Assembly (NCBI GenBank): GCA_963793165.1
Contig: CAWBYU010000009.1
Location: 191,944 to 255,943 of the forward strand
Length of the DNA: 64,000 nucleotides
Reading direction: 5' to 3'
Source: an uncultured Alphaproteobacteria bacterium
Lineage (GTDB): Bacteria > Pseudomonadota > Alphaproteobacteria > Rhizobiales > Xanthobacteraceae
Shown: piece by piece, positions 12,477 through 21,938 of the stretch
Layout of the letters: every line of letters starts with the position of its first letter
Position numbering within the stretch: position 1 is the stretch's first letter
Program-made: the position numbers and the translations under genes
Notes under the pieces: model-generated
The model's input: only the letters and a program-made list of their open reading frames with translations
What the model was told of the DNA's origin: nothing
The model's database searches: none

Positions 12477-13598
12477 ATGGTGCGCGTCCTTCCCGGTGAA
12501 CGTGAACGGACGTCGCCCGGCGAAGCCGCGGGTCAGCCGCTGCCTGAGAGCAAAACCGAGCTGCCGCCGGTGGTCCGCCGGGCTGAAGTCGTCGCCTTTG
12601 CATTGGTGGCGCTGCTTCTCATCTCGGTTTTCGTCGTGCTTTACGTGGCAAAGGCGTTCTTCCTGCCGGTGATCGCAGCGTTCGTGGTCGGCACCATGCT
12701 GTCGCCGGCGGCGAGCTTGCTCGAGAAAAACCGCATTCCCCGCTCGGTGGCGGCGGTTCTGATCGTGGCCGCCGCGGGTGCGGTCGCGACGTTTCTGGTC
12801 GGCCTGATCTCCTCGCCATTGATGGAATGGAGCAACCGGCTGCCGGAACTGGGCTCGATCCTGAAAGAGAAGCTGCATGTGTTCGATCGGCCCCTGGCGC
12901 TTTGGCATCAACTCCAGATCATGCTCGGCGGCTCCGATCCGCTGGGCTCGTTCCAGATGCCGAAATTCGACTGGCTCCAGCCCACGCTCGAATTCCTGTC
13001 GCCGACCTTCACCGAGTTCCTGCTGTTCTTTGCAACGCTGATCCTGTTCATCGCGAGCTGGAAGGATTTGCGCCGTGCGTTGATCCTGATGTTCGGCGAC
13101 CATCCCTCCCGGCTGCGGGCGCTGCGTATTCTCAACGAGATCGAAGAGCATCTCGGCGGCTATCTGCTGACGGTCACGATGATCAATGTCGGCGTCGGCG
13201 TCGCGACCGGCCTCATCTGCGCCGTGGCGGGCATGCCCAATCCGGCCGGACTCGGCGCGCTGGCCGCGACCCTGAACTACCTGCCGATCATCGGCCCGGT
13301 CGCGATGTTCGTGGTGCTGACGGCGGTCGGGATCGTGGCCTTTCCCACCATCGCCGCTGGGCTGGTCGCGCCGTTGGCGTTTGTCGGAATTACCTTCCTG
13401 GAAGGGCATTTTGTCACCCCCGCCATCATTGGACGCCGCCTGTCGCTGAACGCGCTCGCGGTGCTGCTGGCGCTGGCGTTCTGGACCTGGCTCTGGGGCC
13501 CGGTCGGCGGCTTCCTGTCCTCGCCGCTTCTGATCGTAGGCCTCATTCTCAAGGAGCATCTGATGCCGGTGGATACGCCGCAGCTGCCGCCGGACTGA
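12477..13598 (+). CDS. AI-2E family transporter
   Basis: Multi-TM; LNYLPIIGP, EGHFVTPAIIGRRLSLN, WTWLWGPVGGFLSSPL; GGAG before ATG 12477. Confidence 0.88.
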   Translation: MVRVLPGERERTSPGEAAGQPLPESKTELPPVVRRAEVVAFALVALLLISVFVVLYVAKAFFLPVIAAFVVGTMLSPAASLLEKNRIPRSVAAVLIVAAAGAVATFLVGLISSPLMEWSNRLPELGSILKEKLHVFDRPLALWHQLQIMLGGSDPLGSFQMPKFDWLQPTLEFLSPTFTEFLLFFATLILFIASWKDLRRALILMFGDHPSRLRALRILNEIEEHLGGYLLTVTMINVGVGVATGLICAVAGMPNPAGLGALAATLNYLPIIGPVAMFVVLTAVGIVAFPTIAAGLVAPLAFVGITFLEGHFVTPAIIGRRLSLNALAVLLALAFWTWLWGPVGGFLSSPLLIVGLILKEHLMPVDTPQLPPD

Positions 13599-13612
13599 CC
13601 GGTTCATTTTGG

Positions 13613-13637
13613 GGAACTTACCGCGCAGCGCGGCGTT
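13613..13637 (+). promoter_or_regulatory. sigma-EcfG promoter of the DUF883 gene
   Basis: GGAAC(13613-13617)-N16-CGTT(13634-13637). Confidence 0.82.
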
Positions 13638-13673
13638 TGTGGGGTGAGGAACCTCAGTCCCCGGGAGCTTTTG

Positions 13674-14045
13674 ATGTCGAGCACGGACGGCGAGATCGGA
13701 ATGAGAAACATGACGGATAAAGCGACCTATGAACGCCTCGAAAAGGATGTAGCAGCCGTGAAAAACGATATCTCAGCCCTGACCGACCAGATCACCGAAG
13801 CGCTCAACTCGTTCGCGGGCACGGCGGGCAAACAGGCCCGCCGCGGCTACAAGCAGGCCCGGGCCAACGTCGATTCCGCTGTCGACGATATGTCGGAGCG
13901 CGGCAGCGCCATGATGGGTGCCGCGCAGGACGCGGCCATCTCGATCGAAGAATCGCTGGAAGACGTCATCGCCCAGCGTCCGCTGGCGACCGTCGGCCTC
14001 GCGCTCGGCCTCGGCTTCCTGATCGGCGTGACCTGGCGCAGATGA
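13674..14045 (+). CDS. DUF883 / YqjD-ElaB family tail-anchored protein
   Basis: Helical N-terminus; C-terminal RPLATVGLALGLGFLIGVTWRR; GGAG before ATG 13674. Confidence 0.85.
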   Translation: MSSTDGEIGMRNMTDKATYERLEKDVAAVKNDISALTDQITEALNSFAGTAGKQARRGYKQARANVDSAVDDMSERGSAMMGAAQDAAISIEESLEDVIAQRPLATVGLALGLGFLIGVTWRR

Positions 14046-14202
14046 TGGACGGGCGACAGGCGCGTGGCTTTCGATCGATGGCCCGCGCGCCCGCGATCCG
14101 CTTCCTGATTGCAGTTCTTTAACTCGCGTTTCGCTGAGATGAATGCCGGCGCGCACGCGCCGTCATTCCATTTGACGGATGGCTTTTGAATCGAGGCGTC
14201 TC

Positions 14203-14637
14203 ATGTTTGCGCGGATGATCGAAGACTTCAAGAACCAGACCGGATCGGCCTTACGGCTGACATCGCTGGCGGCGGCCGCAGCCCTGGCCTTGTTTGTCAC
14301 GACGTCGTTTCTCTGCGCCGCGGCCTTTGTGTTCGTGCAGCAGAAATATGGACCGGTCGAGGCCTGCCTGACCGGCGCCGGCATCTTCTCTATCGTCACG
14401 CTGATCGCTGCCGGCTGCTACATGATGCGCAAAAATCAGGTAAAGGCCCCCGTGGAAGAGCCCGCGGAATTGCCTATGCAAACCGCGTTTGCCGATCCAA
14501 TGCTGGTCGCCGCCGGCATCCAGGTGATCCGCGCGATCGGCCTCAGGAAGCTGATCCCGATCCTCGCCGTCGGCGGATTGGCATTGGGTTTTCTGGCCAG
14601 CCGCAACGCGGCGAGCGACGAAGCGCCAGCGGAGTAA
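14203..14637 (+). CDS. Membrane protein, probable partner of the DUF883 gene
   Basis: Three hydrophobic segments; GAGG before ATG 14203. Confidence 0.7.
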   Translation: MFARMIEDFKNQTGSALRLTSLAAAAALALFVTTSFLCAAAFVFVQQKYGPVEACLTGAGIFSIVTLIAAGCYMMRKNQVKAPVEEPAELPMQTAFADPMLVAAGIQVIRAIGLRKLIPILAVGGLALGFLASRNAASDEAPAE

Positions 14638-14744
14638 TCAAGCTGTTACTCTGGGTGAGAGCGTCCCGTTCGTTGCAATAGAGAACGTCATGAGAGGACA
14701 AAAACCGCTCTTGGCGCGGCGGCAATAAAACAGGAAAAACTCTC

Positions 14745-15140
14745 TCAGGTGACGCAGCGTCCGGGCTCAAGCCGTTTTGCCACCTCGGTCAACACGCTGA
14801 CCGGGGGCTCGCAGGCCACTGCCCTCTTGCGATCCGCAGACGGCCTGATCATGGAAGGCGCGGACCGGCCATTGCTGGCCTCCTTGGCGGCCGGCATCCG
14901 GATCAGAACGGAGGTATCGGAGAGACTATCGAGCCGAAGCGAAATCGTGCGCGTTTGCGCCGCGGATCCTGGCACAGCCGCGGTTGCGCGGTCGGCTTTG
15001 GCGGCGCGATTGATGGCTGCTTGAGCGGCAGATTTTTGGGCGGGTTCCTGGGTTCTGATAAGATCCCGGCCATATGCTCCGGCACCAAAGACCAGCGAAA
15101 CAGCGATGGTTCCGACAATTCCCCAGGATAAACGTGACAT
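14745..15140 (-). CDS. Hypothetical exported protein
   Basis: Signal-like N-terminus; INRAAKADR; C-terminal ACEPPVS..PGRCVT Cys pair. Confidence 0.7.
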   Translation of the reverse strand: MSRLSWGIVGTIAVSLVFGAGAYGRDLIRTQEPAQKSAAQAAINRAAKADRATAAVPGSAAQTRTISLRLDSLSDTSVLIRMPAAKEASNGRSAPSMIRPSADRKRAVACEPPVSVLTEVAKRLEPGRCVT

Positions 15141-15226
15141 GATACGCCTGCCCACCGTTCGTCGCCCCATGGCGATCAATAGTTAGAATGCCGGGACAGG
15201 ACTTGGGTTCGAGGCGCGAAAATCAA

Positions 15227-15241
15227 TTAACCGTGTATTAA
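15227..15241. promoter_or_regulatory. CtrA box
   Basis: TTAA-CCGTGTA-TTAA, exact TTAA-N7-TTAA in an AT-rich patch. Confidence 0.65.
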
Positions 15242-15257
15242 AAAATTTCTCGGGACG

Positions 15258-15282
15258 GGAACGACTCGGGAGGCTGCGCGTC
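15258..15282 (+). promoter_or_regulatory. sigma-EcfG-type promoter with no downstream ORF
   Basis: GGAAC(15258-15262)-N16-CGTC(15279-15282). Confidence 0.65.
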
Positions 15283-15288
15283 ATCTCG

Positions 15289-15367
15289 GCAGCCGGTTAT
15301 CCCCCCTGCCCCATTGACCGGCGATGTAGGGCGCGGCTGTGGTGATGCCAGCCGCGCCCTGCTTTTT
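15289..15367 (+). ncRNA. Putative GsrN-like small RNA
   Basis: 5' hairpin GCCGGTTA/TGACCGGC with C-rich loop TCCCCCCTGCCCCAT; terminator stem AGGGCGCGGCTG/CAGCCGCGCCCT plus T5; lies just downstream of an EcfG-type promoter. Confidence 0.65.
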
Positions 15368-15484
15368 GCAGAAACAGGCAGTAGTAAGAGGCAGACGCCG
15401 GACCGCCGTTCCATTGATGAAGCCGCGGCCGAGGTTCGCGCGCGCTGGCTCGGTGGGCGATACCTGCCCGGAATGCCCCACTGA

Positions 15485-16177
15485 CTAAGTGATTAGTGGA
15501 CTATCAAGCGCACGAGACCTCCGTCTCATCGCCCCATTTTCCAGACGCACAACCCCGTTTGGAGCCGAGCTGCTGATGAATTCAGCAACAAAGGCGCGCC
15601 CGATATCCTTCTGCTCGATCGTGCCAAAAGGTCCCGGAATCAGACGGCCCAACCAAGCGACATACCGCGGCGTGTGAGCATTGCCTCCGATAATTCCCGG
15701 ACGAAAAATCGCGAGGCGTTGGAAGCCTATTGCTTGAACCGCCTCTTCTTTCAACCCCATGACCCGCACATAGCGAAACCTGCTTTTCGAGGTGCTTCCC
15801 ACTGCCGATAGCAGAGAAAATCGTGAGATACCCGCGGCCCGACAACCTTGGGCAAAGCCGCCGACCACGCCAATTTCGAGGGCCTTTAATTCTTCCTCGC
15901 TCCACTTCATGCTGCCTTTACCGACCCCAACACACGATGCGCCATAGACAGGATCGCCTTGCGCAGCCATGCTCTGCGCAAGCTTGGTCACTTCCCCCGG
16001 AAACTGGGAAGCTGCCGTATCCAGGATCACCTGCCGCACACGGGGATTAGCGATCGGAGAAATCGCCCTGCGGTTGACCATCACGACTTCGGCACAGGAC
16101 TGCTCCGCGGCCAGCGCGCCCACCACCGCAGTTCCCACCTGCCCCGTGCCACCGATGATCAAGACACGAAATGCCAT
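15485..16177 (-). CDS. NAD(P)H-binding oxidoreductase (atypical SDR, TIP30/YraR-like)
   Basis: IIGGTGQVG, LLSAVG, FRPGII; lower GC than the flanks. Confidence 0.78.
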   Translation of the reverse strand: MAFRVLIIGGTGQVGTAVVGALAAEQSCAEVVMVNRRAISPIANPRVRQVILDTAASQFPGEVTKLAQSMAAQGDPVYGASCVGVGKGSMKWSEEELKALEIGVVGGFAQGCRAAGISRFSLLSAVGSTSKSRFRYVRVMGLKEEAVQAIGFQRLAIFRPGIIGGNAHTPRYVAWLGRLIPGPFGTIEQKDIGRAFVAEFISSSAPNGVVRLENGAMRRRSRALDSPLIT

Positions 16178-16367
16178 TTTAGCCCTTTTTAAAGTTTACA
16201 AGCTTGATCTCGGAAAACACCGTGCTGAGACCATCCACGATGGGCTTCGCCTCGATTGCCGTGGCCGATATCTGTTGTTCTGGGAAGTATACTTGAAAGG
16301 TATGACTCGTGCGAACGGCATCGTTGGTGGCGTCGATCTCTCGGGCGCCAATCCAGGATGACAAACC

Positions 16368-17894
16368 TTACGACTGCCGAAGCACCCTCGTGGCTTCCGT
16401 CCGCAAGATGGCCTCGCGTTCAAGAGATTTTCGATCGATCTTCTGAGTGCTTGCAACGGGAATGGCATCGACAAACCAGATCCGACGCGGATGCTGATAG
16501 GCGGCAGTGTGCTCGAGCGAGAACGCCTTCAGTTCCGCTTCGGTTACCGTCTTGCCTGGGCGGAGCACCACGAACGCAACCGGCTTCTGTCCCTTGATGT
16601 CGTCCTCGAGGGGAACGACGCAGGCCTGCGCGACGGCCGGATGCCGCTCGAGAACAGCCTCGACCTCGCCGGGATAGACATTCTCGCCGCCGCACACGAA
16701 CATGTCGTCGCGCCGTCCGATGAACGTGTAGAAGCCGTCGTCGTCGCGGCGGAACACGTCGCCGGTGACATAATAGCCATCGGGCGTGAATGCCGCGGTC
16801 AGTTCCGGCCTGTTGTGATAGCGGGTCAGGAGCGCCGGGCTCTTGATTTCGAGAACTCCCTCCGCACCCTCATGGCCGGCCTCGTCACGAAGACGAAGCT
16901 GCACCTTCGGGTGGGCGTAGCCGAGCGAAAATGGCGGATTGGGTCTGCCGTCAGGATGCGCGGCGAATGTGACGGGGCCGGATTCGGTCGTCCCATAGGC
17001 ATTCAGCACCCTCGCGTTCGGGAGCAGCCGGTGAATTTGTTCGAGAAGGCTCTTGCTGACCGGCGCCGAACCCATTCTTATCACGCGCACAGACGACAGA
17101 TCCGCCGAAGCCAGCGCATCGCGTTCACGCAGCATCATCGCGATCATCGGCGGTACAGCCGTGAGCCATGTGCACCGGTACCGGGCGATCGCCTCGATAT
17201 AGGGGACCGCAGAGAATTGCCACAGCAGCACGGTGGTCGCGCGCGATGCAAGCGCCAGGAACGACAGCGCCAGCGCGTTCATATGGTAGAGCGGGGCGGC
17301 GATCAGCACGCGCTCCCCCGTCAGCGGACCCGTTTCCTGACGCGTCCGAACCACCCACAGATGCGCCGCATGGCTGAGAACCACGCCCTTGGGGCGGCCG
17401 GTGGACCCGGACGTGTAGAGGATCAGGGCCGGCTCGTCGGCGATCGGCGCGAACGCCGTGAAGGGACCGGGATCGACAAGTTGCGCCAGACTGTTCGATC
17501 CGGTCCGCGCGAGCCTGATGTGCGCGATGCCCTCAGGCACCGAGGCGAGCCTCTGCTCATCGCAGAACAGCAGGCGCGCCCCGCTATCCTTCGCCACATA
17601 ATCGATCAGCTCTTTCGGAAAGCGGTAATTGATGGGGACCGCCACCAGTCCCGCCCGCATCACGCCGAGCACGACCGCGATGAATTCGATGGAGTTAGCC
17701 CCAAGGATGGCAATGCGGTCGCCTTCAGCATAGTCCCGCGCCGTCAGGCCGCGTGCCACCGCATTGGCGAGGTCATCGAGCTGACCGAACGTGCAGCGGG
17801 TTTCCTCGAGATCCGCATCGATCCCGATGAAAGCGAGCTGCTCACGCGCGTGCTCGGGGCCGGTGACGCAGCCGAGATTGGTCGCGACCGTCAT
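16368..17894 (-). CDS. Class I adenylate-forming enzyme (acyl-CoA ligase)
   Basis: YTSGSTGRPKG, PLYH, YGTTE, TGD, GRRDD..GGENVYP. Confidence 0.92.
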   Translation of the reverse strand: MTVATNLGCVTGPEHAREQLAFIGIDADLEETRCTFGQLDDLANAVARGLTARDYAEGDRIAILGANSIEFIAVVLGVMRAGLVAVPINYRFPKELIDYVAKDSGARLLFCDEQRLASVPEGIAHIRLARTGSNSLAQLVDPGPFTAFAPIADEPALILYTSGSTGRPKGVVLSHAAHLWVVRTRQETGPLTGERVLIAAPLYHMNALALSFLALASRATTVLLWQFSAVPYIEAIARYRCTWLTAVPPMIAMMLRERDALASADLSSVRVIRMGSAPVSKSLLEQIHRLLPNARVLNAYGTTESGPVTFAAHPDGRPNPPFSLGYAHPKVQLRLRDEAGHEGAEGVLEIKSPALLTRYHNRPELTAAFTPDGYYVTGDVFRRDDDGFYTFIGRRDDMFVCGGENVYPGEVEAVLERHPAVAQACVVPLEDDIKGQKPVAFVVLRPGKTVTEAELKAFSLEHTAAYQHPRRIWFVDAIPVASTQKIDRKSLEREAILRTEATRVLRQS

Positions 17895-18682
17895 GCGATG
17901 AACTCGACCAGGGAGGCGAATGCGGGGAGCCCGACGATGACGCGTCCTTTGGTTGCGCTGTATGGCAGGCCGAGCGACGCGGCACGCCCGGCGGCGATCT
18001 GCGGATCACGGCTGCGCAGGGTGACGGCGGAGAATTGTTCGGCCCGCTCCGAGCCGAAGCGCGCCAATTCGCCGAACCGATTGGTCAGCTCGGCGGCGTC
18101 GACCACCGTCAACGCGAAATCCCCGCCGATACCGCCAAGCTTGCCGTAGCTCGCGCGGGTGCTATCAGGATCGGCGCTGGTGACGGTCAATTCGACAATT
18201 TCGGTCACGCCGTTCGCGTGATCTTTCCAGTCGTGTCGCCATATCAGTTCGGGCGTATGGTGCTGACAAAAATAGACGCGTCCGGCCGCGAATGAATCGA
18301 GCGCCAGCCGCACGGCGGAAAAGCGCGCTTCATGTTCCGTACCGTCGATCACCAGCGGCCGCGCGAAGTTCTGCACCGGTTGTGCGTCGAACCCGTTGCT
18401 CACGACCTCCCGACGGGTTGCCGCTGCGTCCTTGCTGGCGAAAACAAGGCCGTTGAGGCCGACCGGGCTGTCGATGAGTTCCTGCCGCACCTTCTCGGCG
18501 CCGCGCGGCAGGCCGATGAGTTCCAGATAGGCGCGCCCGAAAATCATCAGGTGATTGATCGAGCCCAGCGTGGGATGCAGACCGCGCGGTGTAAGCTGAA
18601 ATCCGAGACCTTCGAACAGCTTTGCGGCTGCATCCATCTCGAACCTGGTGTTGATCACCACATGGTCCAGCTGCAGGCTCAT
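17891..18682 (-). CDS. VOC/glyoxalase-like protein (Glyoxalase_3 type)
   Basis: LDHVVI, LGFQLTPRGLH..GSINHL, YLELI, FCQHHTPELIW, HANG. Confidence 0.82.
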   Translation of the reverse strand: MSLQLDHVVINTRFEMDAAAKLFEGLGFQLTPRGLHPTLGSINHLMIFGRAYLELIGLPRGAEKVRQELIDSPVGLNGLVFASKDAAATRREVVSNGFDAQPVQNFARPLVIDGTEHEARFSAVRLALDSFAAGRVYFCQHHTPELIWRHDWKDHANGVTEIVELTVTSADPDSTRASYGKLGGIGGDFALTVVDAAELTNRFGELARFGSERAEQFSAVTLRSRDPQIAAGRAASLGLPYSATKGRVIVGLPAFASLVEFIA

Positions 18683-19105
18683 CTAGCGATCCTTTGGCGG
18701 CGTCAGATAGACGCCGCGGCCGCTCGCAACGAGTTTGCCCGACGCATCATAAACATGTGCTTCGGCGGTCGAGAACTGCTTGCCGAGCTTGATCGCCTTG
18801 CCGACCACACGAAGATCGCCCTTGGCAGCAGCGTGATAGTCCACCCGAAGATCGATGGTCGGAACGCCTCTGCCATTGCTCGACACCAGCGCCCAGTCGG
18901 CGGTGAGATCGACCAGCGCGGCGAGAATGCCACCATGCGTATAGCCGCCTTCGACATTGACGACCCATTCCTCACGCCATTTGGCAGTGAGTTCGATTTC
19001 GCCGGCGCCGACCGACACGACGTCCAGCCCGAGCCATTGATGATAGGGGCCTTTGAGCAATTTGCTGCGAACGTCCTCGACCGACGGTATAGGGGTTTCA
19101 GCCAT
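18683..19105 (-). CDS. PaaI family thioesterase
   Basis: HGGILAALVD, TIDLRVDY, VASGRG. Confidence 0.88.
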   Translation of the reverse strand: MAETPIPSVEDVRSKLLKGPYHQWLGLDVVSVGAGEIELTAKWREEWVVNVEGGYTHGGILAALVDLTADWALVSSNGRGVPTIDLRVDYHAAAKGDLRVVGKAIKLGKQFSTAEAHVYDASGKLVASGRGVYLTPPKDR

Positions 19106-19130
19106 GTAAATCTCGCTATGAATGCAGGGG

Positions 19131-20147
19131 TTACGGCCGGACAACGATCTTGCCGAGCACGGTGCGGTCGCGGATCTGGGCCAGTCCTTCGACAGCCTGT
19201 TCCAGCGGCACGGAACGATCGATCACGGGGTCGATCTTGGCCGCCGCGATCAGATCGAGCAGGGCCACCAGGTCCTCCTCGTAGAAGCTGTTGGAGCCGC
19301 GGATGTTCAGCTCGAAACTCCAGACATATCGCAGATCCTCCTTGGGATCGTATCCCGCCGTGGCGCCGCATACGAGCAGGTTACCGCCACGCTTGAGGCA
19401 TCGCAGTGACGGCAGCCAGGTGTCGCCGCCGGTGAAATTGACGACCGTGTCGACGCCGCCTTCATAGGTCCTGCGCTCCGGCTTGCCATATTTCGCGACG
19501 GCCCATTTGGAGAAGTCCGTCGTCTGATAGTTGACGACGTGATCGGCGCCGAGTGCCAAGAGACGTTCGCATTTCTCGTCGCTGCCGGCGCAGGCTATGA
19601 CTTCGGCGCCGAGCAATTTTGCCAGGATGATGCTCGCAGTGCCGACGCCGCCGCTGGCGCCGAGGATCAGGACCTTGTCGCCGGCCTTGACCGTGCGGTG
19701 GGTGATCAGCATCCGATGCGCCGTGCCATAGGCAACCGGAAGCGCGGCGGCCTGATCGAATGTCACGGCATCGGGCATGGGAATCAGCTGGCGTGCATCC
19801 GCCGCGACATATTCGGCCATCCCGCCGTCGGTCATCTCGCCCATCAGGCCGACACCTGGCTTCAGCGGATTGACCAATACGCGATCGCCGACATTCCAGC
19901 CGGTCACGCCGTCACCCAGTTCGCTAATGGTGCCGGCCAGATCGAGGCCGATCACCACCGGAAGCGGCACCTTGATGCCTGGCATCCCGCGCACGGTGAA
20001 CACGTCGTGATAATTGAACGACGACGCGCCGACGCGGATGACGACGTGCCCGGGGCTGGCTTGCGGCACCGGCTTGTCGTGCACGACCTGCAGCTGGTCG
20101 AGGTCGCCATGCGCGCCGAGCACGAGGGCTTTCATCTTGCGGCTCAT
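19131..20147 (-). CDS. MDR-family oxidoreductase (quinone/enoyl reductase type)
   Basis: SFNYHD in place of the Zn-ligand Cys motif; LGASGGVG; CGATAG; GKIVV. Confidence 0.85.
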   Translation of the reverse strand: MSRKMKALVLGAHGDLDQLQVVHDKPVPQASPGHVVIRVGASSFNYHDVFTVRGMPGIKVPLPVVIGLDLAGTISELGDGVTGWNVGDRVLVNPLKPGVGLMGEMTDGGMAEYVAADARQLIPMPDAVTFDQAAALPVAYGTAHRMLITHRTVKAGDKVLILGASGGVGTASIILAKLLGAEVIACAGSDEKCERLLALGADHVVNYQTTDFSKWAVAKYGKPERRTYEGGVDTVVNFTGGDTWLPSLRCLKRGGNLLVCGATAGYDPKEDLRYVWSFELNIRGSNSFYEEDLVALLDLIAAAKIDPVIDRSVPLEQAVEGLAQIRDRTVLGKIVVRP

Positions 20148-20161
20148 GAGATCCAACTTTC

Positions 20162-21149
20162 CTACTTGAGGGTCTTTGATTTTTCATACGGGCCGGTGAC
20201 GAATAGTTCGTCGCTGAGCGCGCCTGTGATGAAACCGCCCGCGGCCAGCACTTCATGCTGGCGCTTGAGGCTGGCGATGTCCGCCGGTTCAAATGTCACG
20301 CGATACATGGCGTCCCAATTCGCCGCATAAACGCGCGCGTCGTCCTTGGGCAAATTGGCGCTCTTCTCCAGAATGGCGGCTACCTCGCTCTGGTTGGCCG
20401 ATCCCCACGCCAGCGCATCGCGCAGCGCCGCGATGACGTTCGCGACGGTATCCGGCTGGCTGGCGATCAAAGAAGAGCTCACCGCGCCGATGCCGTTATA
20501 GGGCAGAGCGTCGGACTTCGTCAGCTTCTTCCATTCGTCGACGAAGTTGGCAAGCTTCCTCACCTTCAGTTCGCCGTCGATCTGCGCCACGGTAACCGAA
20601 CGCAGCGCCGCCACATCGACCTGCTTCTGAGCCAGGAACTGCACCAGGCGCGACTCGTTTCCGCCAACCAGCGTGAACTCGTCGCTCTTGATGCCGTAAT
20701 TGCCCGCGAGAATCGCGCCGGCGAGCACCGCGGATGACGAGCCTGCCGGCGACGTGCCGAGCTTCTTGCCCTTCAGTTCCGAGAGGGACTTGATGGGCGA
20801 GTTCGACGGGCACCACGACCTGAACGTCCGCGGGTTGGGTGGCGGCGAAGATCTTGACGGGCACGCCCTCGGCGGCGGTGCTGAAGACGCCGGCAAGCGG
20901 CGCGCCGAAGGCAAGATCGATCGAGCCGGAGGCAAGCGCGCGCAACGGTGCATTGACGTCGGGGAAGTGGATGAACTCAGCGTCGATGCCGCGCTTGCTG
21001 AGGAAGTCCCTGGACTGCAGCACGGATCCAAAGCCCAGGCTCACGCCGCTGGTCCAATAGCCGATCCGCACCTTCTGGCCGGCTTGAGCGGGCACCGTTA
21101 TGACGAGCGCCATGGCGGCTGCGGCGGCGAACAGAACTTTGCGTATCAT
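20162..21149 (-). CDS. NitT/TauT-family ABC substrate-binding protein, apparent +1 frameshift near 20802
   Basis: Signal peptide and VRIGY in one frame, SPIKSLSELKGKKLG onward in another; removing one base gives VVVPVDSPIKS. Confidence 0.82.
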
Positions 21150-21173
21150 CGGATAGTCCTCATTGGTGAGAGA

Positions 21174-21935
21174 TCATGATTTCCACCGGAACAGGGCGCG
21201 TTCCAGCGGTTTAAGCAGGCCGGCCTCGAGGATGAGCATCAGCGCGACCAACAGCAGTGTCCAGGCGAACACCTTGTCGCTCTGCACCAGGTCGGCGGCC
21301 TGCCGGAGGCGATAGCCGATGCCGTCCGAAGCACCCAGGGTTTCGGCAACCAGCGACACGCGCCAGCCGAAGCCGAATGCGAGGCGGGCCCCCGAAAAGA
21401 AGTAAGGCAGGATGCTGGGAAGATAGATCTTCAGCAGGATCTGTGACTGCGACATCCCGAACGAACGCGCCAGTTCGACATATTGCCGGTCGACTGCCAG
21501 CGTTCCCTGCCAGACATTGGTCAGGATCAGGGGGAATGCCGTCATGAAGACGACGAACACGGTCGTGGCATCGGAGATGCCGAACCATATGATCGCGAAG
21601 ATCGCCCAGATTGCCGACGACACGGTGTTGAGAATGGCAAGGATCGGCTCGAAGAACGTCGCGAGTATGCGGTTCGATCCAAGGACCAGGCCGACGAGCG
21701 TGCCGGCCGATGCGGCAATCAGAAAGCCGCTGACGACGCGGCTCGTGGTGGCACCCACGTCGTGGCGGAATGTCGTGCTCTGCAGAAGATCGCCGATGGC
21801 GCCGAAGACCCTGGCCGGTCCCGGCAATATGAAGGAGGGCAAGTTTCTGGCGGCGTACCACCAGACCAGGGCGATCACACCGAACAATAGACAACGTTGC
21901 AGGACAATACTGGTGACACGCGTCAGCGAAGCCAT
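21174..21935 (-). CDS. NitT/TauT ABC permease
   Basis: Multi-TM; ELARSFG..IYLPSILPY, LVAE..GIGY. Confidence 0.9.
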   Translation of the reverse strand: MASLTRVTSIVLQRCLLFGVIALVWWYAARNLPSFILPGPARVFGAIGDLLQSTTFRHDVGATTSRVVSGFLIAASAGTLVGLVLGSNRILATFFEPILAILNTVSSAIWAIFAIIWFGISDATTVFVVFMTAFPLILTNVWQGTLAVDRQYVELARSFGMSQSQILLKIYLPSILPYFFSGARLAFGFGWRVSLVAETLGASDGIGYRLRQAADLVQSDKVFAWTLLLVALMLILEAGLLKPLERALFRWKS

Positions 21936-21938
21936 TGT

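Noticed and set aside
15396-15485. Protein-like fragment TPDRRSIDEAAAEVRARWLGG at the left edge of the accessory block
   Set aside because: No start codon and too short to assign; possibly a gene remnant.
16179-16364. 61-aa ORF between the CoA ligase and the NAD(P)H-binding gene
   Set aside because: TTG start, no clear RBS or motif; could be a remnant but cannot be supported.
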